64,000 nt of DNA from Antedon mediterranea (taxonomy: Eukaryota > Animalia > Echinodermata). A program made the translations under genes and the position numbers. The DNA is taken from contig NC_092670.1 in NCBI RefSeq assembly GCF_964355755.1, positions 6,500,201 through 6,564,200 on the forward strand, written 5' to 3'. Below are positions 44,201-59,200 of the stretch, one piece after another; within the stretch, counting starts at the first letter, position 1, and the number at the start of each line of letters is the position of its first letter. Below the pieces are notes generated by a model. The model was not told the origin of the DNA. It saw only the letters and a program-made list of their open reading frames with translations, and made no database searches.

Positions 44201-47200
44201 GGTAAGACTGTTTCATATAGCAAGAAATGAAATTTGAGTTAGAGTTTTCTTAATGTGGTTTTGTCAAAGTCAATTTTTTTTTGTTTCTGTTATTTTTTTT
44301 GTAGATAATGAAAGTCCATTGATTGACTGCCCGACAAATGTCACTTCAAACAATTACATCGGAGAAGGGTATGGACTAGTACATGTCAGCGCAGATATAG
44401 GAAGTCCAAATGCCACTGTCACCTGGAATCCTCCTGAGACAAGTGACAATACTGATGGACTTGTTACTGTAATTTCGTCATCTTTTGAGTCTGGTGGCAT
44501 GATACCATATGGTACTCATACAATCACTTTTACAGCAACTGATCCTTATGGCAATATTGACACCTGTGATTTTGGCCTTAATGTTGAAGGTAAATTAATA
44601 AAAAGCTCGCTTGAAATTGTATAATTTAGAAAAAACAAGAATTAATTTAAAATACAACTTATATGAACAACATCCAATCAGTGATTGGTCCTCGGCCTTA
44701 CAATCATCATTTTCGTTAATAATTCTTCACCAATTTCAAAGAAGACTATAATTGTAACAGGTATCTTTAATTATTTAGTTTGTTTATACTTTTTATATAG
44801 TAATTATTATGATAATAATGTAATGACTTGTTTACTTTTAGTTTATACGGTAAGTTTGAGAAAATGTATGTCAAAATATGTTTTTAAAAACCAGAAATCA
44901 ACTATTTTAGGTGGAAAAAAGGACATTTTTTTCCATTCTACAATTAAAAATATGTAATAATTTTATTTTAGTATTAGTAATTATTAATGTTTTATGTTGT
45001 ATTATTAAATAGATAATGAGGATCCAGTCTTGATCTGTTCACCTAATATTACAACTACTACTGCAGATGGTTTAGATCAAGCAGTCAATGTTAACTGGAC
45101 TTATCCAATAGTATTTGACAATTCTGGTGAAGATATAACACCAACGTCCAAGTACAATCCTGGAAATAATGAATTTGATATTGGTAGAACTGGTGTTATA
45201 TATGATGCAGTTGAAAGTTCAGGCAATGCAGGAACATGTACCTTTACAGTTACTGTTACTGGTAAGCACAGATGGCTTTCTATCTTTCCTCTGACGTATT
45301 TAAATTAATTAATATAGAAATATTTGCATAAAAGCATTATTACCTTAATCTTCTTTCCTGAGTATTTTTTAGTATTATTTATTATAAGTTATAATTACCT
45401 CATGTTTTAGATCCAGAAGCTCCAGATATTATAGATTGTCCAATGGATATGATTGTTATTACAACAACTGGTGAGGCATTTGCCATCAATGTTACATGGA
45501 TGGAACCGACAGCTACTGATAACTCTGGAGAGACTCCGGTACCAGTAGCAGACTACACTTCTGGTGATAATATGTTTTCAGTTGGCAACACAACAGTTCA
45601 TTACAATGTCTCAGATTCAGCTGGTAACTTTGATGATTGCTGCAGTTTTGTTATCACTGTTGAAGGTAAGACTGTTTCATATAGGAGGAAATTAAATTTG
45701 AGTTATAGTTGTTTTAATGTGGTTTTGTCAAATTCAATTTTTTTTTGTTTCTGTTATTTTTGTGTAGATAATGAAAGTCCAATGATTGACTGCCCGACAA
45801 ATGTCACTTCAAACAATTACATCGGAGAAGGGTATGGACTAGTAAATGTCAGCACAGATATAGGAAGTCCAAATGCCACTGTCACCTGGAATCCTCCTGA
45901 GACTAGTGACAATACCGGTAGACTTATTACTGTAATGTCGTCATCTTTTGAGTCTGGTGACATGATACCATATGGTACTCACACAATCACTTTTACAGCA
46001 ACTGATCCTTATGGCAATATTGACACCTGTGACTTTGGTCTCAATGTTGAAGGTAAAATATAAACCTCTTTGTAATTTTGATAATTATTTACAAAATACA
46101 GGAATTATATGTTTTATAAACAACATTATGAACATATTATAAGATTTACCTTTTATATAAATTTTAAATCTTTACTGATGAACCCATAGTCATTTTCATC
46201 AAAAATTGTTCACGAATTTTGAAGCGCACTATAATTGTAATAATTAGCATTATTATTACTTTGCATATATGTAACGGCTTGTTTATTATCTGTTTATATG
46301 GTAAGTTTGAGAAAATAAATATATACTGTATCAAAATGTTATTTCGCAACCAGGAATCGGCTATTACGTGGAAGATAGGAGATTTTTGTTCCATTCTACC
46401 ATTAAAAATGTGTAATATGATTATAACATTAGTCATTATTGTTTCTTCCTTTTGTATTATTAGATAATGAGGATCCAGTCTTGGTTTGTCCACCTGATAT
46501 TACAAATACGACTGCAGATGGTTCAAATCAAGCACTCAATGTCAGCTGGACTGATCCAATAGTAATTGACAATTCTGATGAAGATATAACATCAAGGTCT
46601 AATCACATTCCTGGAAATAATGAATTCGATATTGGTAGAACTGACGTTATATATGATGCAGTTGACAGTTCAGGCAATGCAGGAACATGTACCTTTACAG
46701 TTACTGTTACTGGTAAGCACAGATGGCTTTCTATCTTTCCTCTGACGTATTTAAATTAATTAATATAGAAATATTTGCATAAAAGCATTATTACCTTAAT
46801 CTTCTTTCCTGAGTATTTTTTACTATTATTTATTATAAGTTATAATTACCTCATGTTTTAGATCCAGAAGCTCCAGATATTATAGATTGTCCAATGGATA
46901 TGATTGTTAACACAACAACTGGTGAGGTATTTGCCATCAATGTTACATGGATGAAACCGACAGCTACTGATAACTCTGGAGAGGCTCCGGTACCAGTAGC
47001 AGACTACACTTCTGGTGATAATATGTTTTCAATTGGCAACACAACAGTTCAGTACAATGTCTCAGATTCAGCTGGTAACTTTGATGATAGCTGCAGTTTT
47101 GTTATCACTGTTGAAGGTAAGACTGTTTCATATAGGAGGAAATTAAATTTGAGTTATAGTTTTCTTAATGTGGTTTTGTCAAATTGATTTTTTTTTGTTT

Positions 47201-50200
47201 CTGTTATTTTTGTGTAGATAATGAAAGTCCAATGATTTACTGCCCGACAAATGTCACTTCAAACAATTACATCGGAGAAGGGTATGGACTAGTAAATGTC
47301 AGCACAGATATAGGAAGTCCAAATGCAACTGTCACCTGGAGTCCTACTGAGACTAGTGACAATACTGGTGGACTTGTTACTGTAATGTCGTCATCTTTTG
47401 AGTCTGGTGACATGATACCATATGGTACTCACACAATCACTTTTACAGCAACTGATCCTTATGGCAATATTGACACCTGTGACTTTGGCCTCAATGTTGA
47501 AGGTAAAATATAAACCTCTTTGTAATTTTGATAATTTACACCTGTGACTTTGGTATCAATGTTGAAGGTAAATTAAAAAAAAGCTCACTTGAAATTGTAT
47601 AATTTAGAAAAAACAAGAATTAATTAAAAATATAACTTTATGAACAACATCCAATCAGTGATGATTCCTCGGCCTTACAATCATCATTTTCGTTAATAAT
47701 TCTTCACCAATTTCAAAGAAGACTATAATTGTAACAGGTATCATTAATTATTTAGTTTGTTTATACTTTTTATATAGTAATTATTATGATAATAATGTAA
47801 TGACTTGTTTACTTTTAGTTTATACGGTAAGTTTGAGAAAATGTATGTCAAAATATGTTTTTCGCAACCAGAAATCAACTATTTTAGGTGGAAAGAAGGA
47901 CATTTTTTGTTCCATTCTACAATTAAAAATATGTAACAATATTATTTTAGTATTAGTAATTATTAATGTTTTATGTTGTATTATTAAATAGATAATGAGG
48001 ATCCAGTCTTGATCTGTTCACCTAATATTACAACTACTACTGCAGATGGTTTAGATCAAGCAGTCAATGTTAACTGGACTTATCCAATAGTATTTGACAA
48101 TTCTGGTGAAGATATAACACCAACGTCCAAGTACAATCCTGGAAATAATGAATTTAATATTGGTAGAACTGGTGTTATATATGATGCAGTTGACAGTTCA
48201 GGCAATGCAGGAACATGTACCTTTACAGTTACTGTTACTGGTAAGCACAGTTGGCTTTCATTCTTTCCTCTGACGTATTTAAATTAATTAATATAGAATT
48301 GTTTGCATAAAAGCATTATTACCTTGATCTTCTTTCCTGAGTATTATTACTATTTTTTATTATATGTTATAATTACCTCATGTTTTAGATCCAGAAGCTC
48401 CAGATATTATAGATTGTCCAATGGATATGATTGTTAACACAACAACTGGTGAGGCATTTGCCATAAATGTTACATGGATGGAACCGACAGCTACTGATAA
48501 CTCTGGAGAGACTCCGGTACCAGTAGCAGACTACACTTCTGGTGATAATATGTTTTCAGTTGGCAACACAACAGTTCAGTACAATGTCTCAGATTCAGCT
48601 GGTAACTTTGATGATAGCTGCAGTTTTGTTATCACTGTTGAAGGTAAGACTGTTTCATATAGGAGGAAATTAAATTTGAGTTATAGTTTTTTTAATGTGG
48701 TTTTGTCAAATTGATTTTTTTTTGTTTCTGTTATTTTTGTGTAGATAATGAAAGTCCAATGATTTACTGCCCGACAAATGTCACTTCAAACAATTACATC
48801 GGAGAAGGGTATGGACTAGTAAATGTCAGCACAGATATAGAAAGTCCAAATGCAACTGTCACCTGGAGTCCTCCTGAGACAAGTGACAATACTGGTGGAC
48901 TTGTTACTGTAATGTCGTCATCTTTTGAGTCTGGTGACATGATACCATATGGTACTCACACAATCACTTTTACAGCAACTGATCCTTATGGCAATATTGA
49001 CACCTGTGACTTTGGTATCAATGTTGAAGGTAAATTAAAAAAAAGCTCGCTTGAAATTGTATAATTTAGAAAAAACAAGAATTAATTAAAAATATAACTT
49101 TATGAACAACATCCAATCAGTGATGATTCCTCGGCCTTACAATCATCATTTTCGTTAATAATTCTTTACCAATTTCAAAGAAGACTAAAGTTGTAACAGG
49201 TATCATTAATTATTTAGTTTGTTTATACTTTTTATATAGTAACTATTATGATAATAATGTAATGACTTGTTTACTTTTAGTTTATACGGTAAGTTTGAGA
49301 AAATGTATGTCAAAATATGTTTTTCGAAACCAGAAATCAACTATTTTAGGTGGAAAGAAGGACATTTTTTGTTCCATTCTACAATTAAAAATATTTAATG
49401 ATATTATTTTAGTATTAGTAATTATTAATGTTTTATGTTGTATTATTAAATAGATAATGAGGATCCAGTCTTGATCTGTTCACCTAATATTACAGCTACT
49501 ACTGCAGATGGTTTAGATCAAGCAGTCAATGTTAACTGGACTTATCCAATAGTATTTGACAATTCTGGTGAAGATATAACACCAACGTCCAAGTACAATC
49601 CTGGAAATAATGAATTTGATATTGGTAGAACTGGTGTTAGATATGATGCAGTTGATAGTTCAGGCAATGCAGCAACATGCAACTTTTCATTAACTGTTAC
49701 TGGTAAGAATTTTTGGGCTTTTTTTCCTTCCGACTTAAATATCAAAATGAAATCGAGAATATAGAAATTATTGTTATTATCGCATTCTCCTTCATCTTCT
49801 TCAGTGGGTATTATTATTATTATTACTATAAATTACAATTCCTTTCCTGTTTAGATCCAGAAGGCCCAGATATTATAGATTGTCCAATGAATATGATTGT
49901 TAACACAACAACCGGTGAGGCATTTGCCATCAATGTAACATGGATAGAACCGATAGCTACTGATAACTCTGGAGAGATTCCTGTACCAGTAGCAGACTAC
50001 ACCTCTGATGATAATCAGTTTGAAATTGGTGACACAACAGTCCAGTACAATGTCTCAGATTCAGCTGGTAACTTCAATGATAGCTGTAGTTTTGTTATCA
50101 CTGTTGAAGGTAAGACTATACCTCATTGAAGGAAATTAAATTTGAGCTACAGTAATGTCGTTATTTCATACTTACTTTTTTAATACCTTATTCATTTGTT

Positions 50201-53200
50201 TAAACATTTTTTTGATTGAAAGAAAGAAAATAAATGTTTACGTTGAATTGAATTGAATTGAATGTTATTTGTATTCCTATTATGTATTTTATTAATAGTT
50301 GATTATAAGTCAACTCAGTAACTGCTCATCAAATGTCACTTAAAAAACATAGGAAAGGGGTCTCGAATACTAAAGACATGATACCAATCCGTACTCACAC
50401 CATTACAATTACAGAAACGGATCCGGCGCCATTGTTGTCATTACAATCATAGTGTTTCAATGATAACATTGTAAATGTATAGATTTTGTTTCTGATCTAT
50501 TGATTTATAATTATACATAATATATTAATTTTAAGACACTGAGCATCTTAAATACATAGGATGTCCTACCGATTCAATAATTGTCATGAACCCTGTTGGA
50601 ATGGCAAATAGATCCGTTTCTTGGATAGAACCAATAGCCACTGATAATGCTGAAATATTCAATGAAACATCCAGTCATATACCTGGTGATATATTTGAAA
50701 TTGGCACAGTTACAGTGACTTACACAGCATTTGATACTGCAGGATTAAAAACAACTTGTGCATTTGAAGTAACAGTTCAAGGTATTTGTTTTGTAAAAGT
50801 AATTAAGCACTTTTAATTCTTACTCTTTTAAGACGCTTATTTTATTGGGAAGCTGCAAGTAGAGTAAACACATATTCACTTTAGGTTTTGAAAAAAGCCA
50901 CAATACATTAACAGTACGTTTTTAGTGCATTTAACCAGATTAGTTTATGTTTATTCAGAAGCTTGATAACATGTGAAGACTAACTATCTTCAATGAATCT
51001 CAATATTTATAAGTTGTAAGAAGTAACTTTATTGAACATCACTTTCAGATTGAAGACTGATGTTATTAAAATGACGGTGCATTTCTAAATAAACATTACA
51101 AAAAGCTAACTATTTATTTTAAATCAAATACAACAAACATGTTATTCCTAACAACATTACTAAGCCGAGTGTCACAGCAAGTACCCACACAGTAGTGTGT
51201 ACTTTAATTTTATTCAAAACGTTGTCTTTCATTACAACCTTGTAAATATGTATTAATTGTAGAATAACGATTTTTGTGGAATATATAGATACAGAAGATC
51301 CTGTGTTTCTCAACTGCCCAATGTCTCCAATAGAAGTAGTCACTGATGAAGGCTTTGCATATGCCAACGTGTCATGGGAAGACCCCCAACCTATGGACAA
51401 TTCTGGCACGTTAACAGTTACTCAAGTGAATTATCCTGGTGATAGTTTTTATGTTGGAACTCATTCTGTTAACATAACAGCTGAAGATGAAGATGGTAAC
51501 ATTGGTATCTGCACTTTTGTGATAATTGTCAAAGGTAATACTGGTGCTGTGTACATCTTTTTGTAAATAAGGATGAAGCATATTGTTGCCAACGGAACAT
51601 CCCATTTGAAGATCCTGTAACCGCTTTGTTGTTTGTAATTACAACGACCACATTATACCAGATGTGTGTGCGTGTTTACAGGACCATCAGCGCAACCTCA
51701 CATAAAACGATTGATAGTAAAGTAATAATCTTCCCAAGAACATAATATTATAAAAAAGTTCATCAACTTAACCTTTTCACATGTCATTTCCTTTCTTTCA
51801 GATGAAGAAGATCCTGTACTAATTGGTTGTCCAATGGACATTATTTTGAATACTACAAGAATGCTTTCATATGCTAATGCAACTTGGATTAGTCCAAATG
51901 CTTCAGATAATTCAGGCAATGTTGCCTTAATCTCTACACATAAGCCAGGTGATGGCTTTGCAGCAACTACCACTGAAGTAACTTACACAGCAAGTGATCC
52001 GTATGGAAACGAAGACATTTGTACATTCAATGTTACTGTAATTGGTAAGAATAATTGTTATTAAACAATTAATATAAAACATTTCAATTTAATTTTATTT
52101 AATGAGTACTTTTTATAAAGAGAAAGATAAACTGTATTACAAAATGTACTTTAGATAATGTAATTTTTCAATTTATTAAACAGATGCTGAGTCTCCTACT
52201 TTGAACTGTGTGTCCAATGTGACCGTGTACACCGATTTCAATTCAGCAACAGCTAATGTATCTTGGCCAATACCAGAAACAACAGACAACAGTGGTTTAG
52301 AAGGTACATTAACCTCTAACTATGAACCCTATACACTGTTTGATATTGGAACAACTCTAGTAATGTACACATCAACAGATGCATCAAATAATGTGCAAAC
52401 TTGCATGTTCAATGTCACTGTAATTGGTAAGTACAATTTATATGATAAAGAAAATACATGAACATTTGCTAAATTTGCAGATAGGCTTTTCATTTTATTT
52501 ATTTTATTGCAGATAATGAAGATCCTGTATTTGATTGCCCTAGTGGCAATATTATGGCATATACAGATGAGTCCCAATCATACTCAACTGTTTATTGGAA
52601 TGTATCAGTTACTGATAATTCAGGTAATGTTACATATGATTGTACGAGTGAATCAGGTGACCAGTTTGATGCTATTTGGCCAATAATACAACAAAATGTA
52701 AGCTGCATGGCACAGGATCCATCGGGAAATGACGCATCTTGCTTTTTCTCACTAACAATTGAGGGTGAGCATATTGTGATTTTTGATTTATATATTATTT
52801 TACATTTTTAAGATTATAGATTTTTTACACAAATGATTTGGAAAATCACAAATAAAGTATAGAATAGCAGATTTTAATGTTTCAAAAAAGACTAAAAAGT
52901 CAATATTATAAATAATTGAATGCATAAACATAATAATGTAATAAACATAATATGTTATAAAACCAGATGGATTATGTTTATATACAATTCCGTCGGATTT
53001 TACAATGACAAATTTCATAGGTTTAATATTAGATTGTCAATATTAAACCATACAATGAGTACCAACGAATTCAGTAATACATACATACTTAACATTCAAT
53101 AAATGTATATTCAACATTTTAAAGTAACAGAAATTATTGGGTTTTTTAATTTGTAGATAATGAGAACCCAAGTATAGAATGTCCAAATGACTTCAATGTG

Positions 53201-56200
53201 ACAACAGATAATGGACAACCAACAGCTTGGATTCAATGGGATGTTGAATACACAGACAACACACACTCTCTATATGATCTCAGCCTAACAGGATCAGGTT
53301 CAAGTTATAATCAATCTGGTGAAAACTTTCTTATTGGAACAACAGCACTTGAATATACAGTAACGGATGTATTTGGAAACAGTGATAACTGCACATTTAT
53401 TGTCTTTATACGAGGTGAATATACACTAGTATTGCTTTTAATTATTATTTTAAAAAATGTTTTACACACCAAGCTCTTTTGCATAATCGCCTTCCGTACG
53501 AAATTTGAATCCAAAAAAGACTACTTCTAAACCTATAAATACCGAAAGTTAGCAAAAAATCGTTTTAGAACATGCAATGTTGTCTTTTGAATTCAATATA
53601 GTAAATTGTTATCCACACATTCTCTTACGTTTGTTGAGTATAGAAATTCAAAATTAACTCACTAACCAAATGTTTATTACATCATCATGTAGATACTGAG
53701 AAGCCAATGCTGAATTGTCCAGATGACATTGTAAACGTGACTTTAATTGGTGAAGCATACGGTATTGCCAATTGGGTTGAACCAGACATTACAGACAACT
53801 CTGGCTTCCTTCATGTGAACATTTCAAATTACTTTTCTGGTGATCGCTTCTATCCAGGCAACACAACAGTTTATTATTTTGCTGAGGATCCATATGGAAA
53901 CTCTGTTAATTGTACATTTATTGTTACAATCTTTGGTAAGATTAATTACCGTTTCAATAGTTTGTCTTATGTATAACTACAAAGTTAGTCACATGTTTAA
54001 TAAATATGTATAATTCTGAAACGTAAATTATAATTTTTCCTAAAACTCTTTCTGCCATTTTGCTAAAATTAAACTAATTAATTTGTATTGGTTTTAAAAT
54101 GGCTTTGGCTGTGCAGAAAATAATTTTTTTTAAAGATCTAGTAAAGAAATGTCCTTATGCTCAATGATAATGAATTTTGGAGGTTTAGGAATAAATAACT
54201 ATCTTTAGACCACGTTCTCATAAAAGAAGAACAAATTTCATTTATTTGTTTACAAATCTACCCAAAAAGAATAAGACCGTAATATAATTAAATTTTTTTT
54301 ATCCTTAAACAATGAATACAAGCTGACTATTGATGTGTGTTTCTCCCTCAGATGTTGAGATACCGATATTTGATCCATGTCCCAGTAATATAGACGTAAA
54401 CACAGATCCCAGACTGCCGTATACAGTAGTAAATTGGAATATTTCAGTATATGATAACGTTGGTGTTATTGAACTTGATAGCAACTATGTCCCATTTGAT
54501 ACATTTAATATCACAGTTACAGAGGTAAAATATGTTGCTACAGACTCTGAGGGCAATAAAGCAGAGTGTACATTTAATGTCACAGTAATGGGTAAGAATG
54601 ATTTGGTCAGGTTATCAAATTATTTAAAATTGTAATGTCTTCCTACAAATGTTCAGGTGGTCGTACATAACCACAACTAGCTAAAAAAAGTAAAATCATT
54701 GAGATATACCAATGTCCAAACAGTCAGATACCTGTAAACCGAACATGCTGTAATGTTATTGGACATGGCCAGTTAAAAATAACACATTTTGGACATATGA
54801 TTTCCATAAAGACACCAGTGAAATCAACGTTTCTCAAACATTATGGTTAAATGAAACCCGACATGTTATGTTGGTTTTTCTGACTCTGGGTCAGACATAG
54901 GCTACACAAGACTTTGCTCTGTTTTGTCAATGGATTAGATAGACAGAACACCTCTCATGATTCTGTTTTGTCCATGGTCTAGATATTTTCACAGCTTCTT
55001 TCAACCAGAACTTGAGAAAAGCTTTTTTTTTAATAATCGTAATCTTCTACTGCAACGCTTACAAACTTAAATATTATCTCTTAATAATATTGTTTATATT
55101 TGTCGAATATTAATATCCAGCACACTTTTTCAGATACTGAGCCTCCTGCATACATTGGATGTCCTACTAATATAATTGTCATGGTTCCTGTTGGAATGGC
55201 CAATAGATCTGTAACATGGATAGAACCAGTAGCTACTGATAATGCCGGAGTATACAATGTGACATCTACTCACACACCTGGTGATACATTTGAAATTGGC
55301 ACAGTTACAGTGAAATACACAACATTTGATACTGCCGGATTAAAAACAACTTGTGTATTTGAAGTAACAGTTCAAGGTATTTGGTTTATAAAATGTACAA
55401 CTGTGTAAAACGTGAAGACATGTTCAACTAAACCTTGATTTCTGAAATATAATGTATTTATGTATACATGAGGTGTATGGGTTTGTTTTTTCATTGATAT
55501 ATTTATATTCATTATTGTATGTATTGCATATATATATATATAACATTTTACAGGCAATTTGATTTTCAAATTCCTCCCCCATCTGCTATTGTTTATATAT
55601 CATCGTCCCGTAAATGTGTAGGTTGGATCACACAGACTAATATTTTATTTCCGATTAGCAAGCTTTCTTACAGAGAGATCAATCCAGCTTAATGTGTGTT
55701 TACTTAGAGGGCTTTTAATAACCTCTAAACATTTTAATGGTTTTATCTGCAATATCATCATCACCATCATTAAGGAGTAACTAATTGTCGCGTAATGATT
55801 TCTTTTGAATCTATAGATACGGAAGATCCAGTGTTTACCAACTGTCCAAATTCTCCAATAGAAGTTGTCACTGATGAGGGCTTTGCATATGCCAACGTGT
55901 CATGGGATGACCCCCAACCTATGGACAATTCTGGCATGTTTACAGTTACTCAAGTGAATTATCCTGGTGATAGTTTTTATGTTGGAATTCATTCAGTTAA
56001 CATAACAGCTGAAGATGAAGATGGTAACATTGGTATCTGCACTTTTGTGATAACTGTCAAAGGTAATACGGCTACTGTGTACATGTTGCGTAAATAAGGG
56101 ATGAAGCACTGTAGTCTACATAATTTACCTTGAATAAATTGAACCATACTAATGTTTGCAATTAACACCCTCACAGTAAATACCAGATGTGTGTGGGTTT

Positions 56201-59200
56201 ATGAAGACAGGACCATCAGCGCAACCTCACATCAAATGACTGAGAGTAAAGTAACATCTTCCTAAGAAAATAATATTCTAACAAAATTCATAACTTTAAC
56301 CTTCTCACATGTCATTTCCTTTCTTTCAGATGAAGAAGAACCTGTACTAACTGGATGTCCAATGGACATTATTTTGAATACTACAAGTATGCTTTCATAT
56401 GCTAATGCTACTTGGATGACTCCAAATGCTTCAGATAATTCAGGCAATGTAACCTTAGTTTCTACACATAACCCAGGTGATGGCTTTGCAGCAACAACCA
56501 CTGAAGTCACTTACACAGCAAGTGATCCGTATGGAAACGAAGACATCTGTATATTCAATGTTACTGTAATTGGTAAGATTAACATTTAATTTGTATTAAA
56601 CAATTACTATAAAACATGTTAATGTATTTAAAAAGTTTCTTTAAAAAATAGTATTACTTAAAGAGAAAGATAAACTGCATTTTAAAATGTACTTTAGATA
56701 ATGTATTTTTTCGATTTATTAAACAGATGCCGAGTCTCCTACTTTGAACTGCGTGTCCAATGTGACTGTGTACACCGATTTAAATTCAGCAACAGCTAAT
56801 GTGTCCTGGCCAATACCAGAAACAACAGACAACAGTGGTTTAGAACCTACATTAACCTCTAACTATGAACCATATACTCTGTTTAATATTGGAACAACTC
56901 TAGTAATGTACACATCAACAGATGCATCAAATAATGTGCAAACTTGCATGTTCAATGTCACTGTAATTGGTAAGTATACTTGATATGATAAAGAAAATAC
57001 ATGAACATTTGCTAAAATTTGCAGATAGATTTTTCATTTTATTTATTTTATTGCAGATAATGAAGATCCTGTATTTGATTGCCCTAGTGGCAATATTATG
57101 GCATATACAGATGAGTCCCAATCATACTCAACTGTTTATTGGAATGTATCAGTTACTGATAATTCAGGTAATGTTACATATGATTGTACGAGTGAATCTG
57201 GTGACCAGTTTGATGCTGTTTGGCCAATTATACAACAAAATGTAAGCTGCATGGCACAGGATCCATCGGGAAATGACGCATCTTGCTTTTTCTCACTAAC
57301 AATTGAGGGTGAGCATATTGTGATTATTTATTCATATTTATTGATTCATTTTACATTTTAAAGATTTTTTTACACAAATGATTTTGTAAAATCTCAAATC
57401 AACTATAGAGTAGCAGATTTAAATGATGCAAAAAAATCAATGTTATAAATAATTGAATGCATAAACATAATAATGTAATAAACATAATATGTTATAAAAC
57501 CAGATGGATTATATGAAAACATATTATGTTTACATACAATTCCGTCGGATTTTACACTGACAAAAATTCATAAGTTTAATATTAGATTGTTAATATTAAA
57601 CCATACAATGAGTACCAACGAATACATACATACTTAACATTCAATAAATGTATATTCAACATTTTAAAGTAACAGGAATTGTGGGGTTTTTTAATTTGTA
57701 GATAATGAGAACCCAAGTATAGAATGTCCAAATGACTTCAATGTGACAACAGATAATGGACAACCAACAGCTTGGATTCAATGGGATGTTGAATACACAG
57801 ACAACACACACTCTCTATATGATCTCAGACTAACAGGATCAGGTTCAATTTATAATCAATCTGGTGAAAACTTCCTTATTGGAACAACAGCACTTGAATA
57901 TACAGTAACTGATGTATTTGGAAACAGTGATAACTGCACATTTATTGTCTTTATACGAGGTGAATATACACTAGTATTGCTTTTAATTATTATTTTAAAT
58001 AATGTTTTACACACCAAGCTCTATTGCATAATCGCCCTCAGTACGAAATTTGAATCCAACAAAGACTACTTCTAAACCTATAAATACCGAAAGTTAGCAA
58101 AAAATCGTTTTAGAACATGCAATGTTGTCTTTTGAATTCAATATAGTACATTGTTATCCACACATTTTCTTACGTTTGTTGAGTATAGAAATTCAAAATT
58201 AACTCATTAACCTAATGTTTATTACATCATCATGTAGATACTGAGAAGCCAATGCTGAATTGTCCAGATGGCATTGTAAACGTGACTTTAATTGGTGAAG
58301 CATACGGTATTGCCAATTGGGTTGAACCAGACATTACAGACAACTCTGGCATCATTCATGTGAACATGTCAAATTACTTTTCTGGTGATCGCTTCTATCC
58401 AGGCAACACAACAGTTTATTATTTTGCTGAGGATCCATATGGAAACTCGGTTAATTGTACATTTATTGTTACAATCTTTGGTAAGATTAATTACCGTTTC
58501 GATAGTTTGTCTTATGTATATAACTACAAAGTTAGTCAGATGTTTAATAAATATGTATAATTCTGAAACGTAAATTATAATCTTTCCTAAAAGTCTTTCT
58601 GCCATTTTGCTTAAATTAAACTAATTAATTTGTATTGGTTTTAAAATGGATTTTGCTGCGCAGAAAATTAATTCTTTTAAAGATCTAGTAAAGAAATGTC
58701 CTTATGCTCAATGATATGAATTTTGGAGGTTGAGGAATAAATAACTATCTATAGACCACGTTGTCATAGAAGTCATTTATTAGTTTACAAATCTACCAAA
58801 AAGAATAAGACCGTAATATAATTTAATTTTGATATTTTTAAAAAATCTGATGAAACCTCATTATTTCCTTTTTTCTTCAAAATGAATAAAAGCTGACTAT
58901 GATGTCTGTTTTTCCCTCAGATGATGAGATACCGACATTTGATCCATGTCCCAGTAATATAGACGTAAACACAGATCCCAGACTGCCATATGCTGTAGTA
59001 AATTGGAATATTTCAGTATATGATAACGTTGGTGTTATTGAACTTGATAGCAACTATGTCCCATTTGATACATTTAATATCACAGTAACAGAGGTAAAAT
59101 ATGTTGCTACAGACTTTGAGGGCAATGAAGCACAGTGTACATTTAATGTCACAGTAACAGGTAAGAATGATTTGGTCAGGTTATCAAATTATTTAAAATT

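Larger units (their letters stand above)
33931..50109 (+). repeat. HYR exon array 1: B, C, (A-B-C)x8, A; ~1.5 kb unit
   Basis: Exons: 33931-34206, 34917-35165; 35334-35588, 35691-35972, 36465-36713; 36863-37117, 37220-37504, 37930-38178; 38328-38582, 38685-38969, 39465-39713; 39863-40117, 40214-40498, 43550-43798; 43947-44201, 44305-44589, 45013-45261; 45411-45665, 45768-46052, 46464-46712; 46862-47116, 47218-47502, 47992-48240; 48389-48643, 48745-49029, 49454-49702; 49855-50109. Introns are repeated along with the exons. Confidence 0.92.

Noticed and set aside
36165-49453. Recurrent 60-110 aa ORFs on both strands (MKRTIIVI..., [10 protein letters not shown]..., MTCLLLVY...)
   Set aside because: They lie in the repeated B-C introns or antisense to exon C. 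They recur only because the DNA is duplicated, have I/K/N/F-biased AT-rich composition, and show no motifs or splice support.
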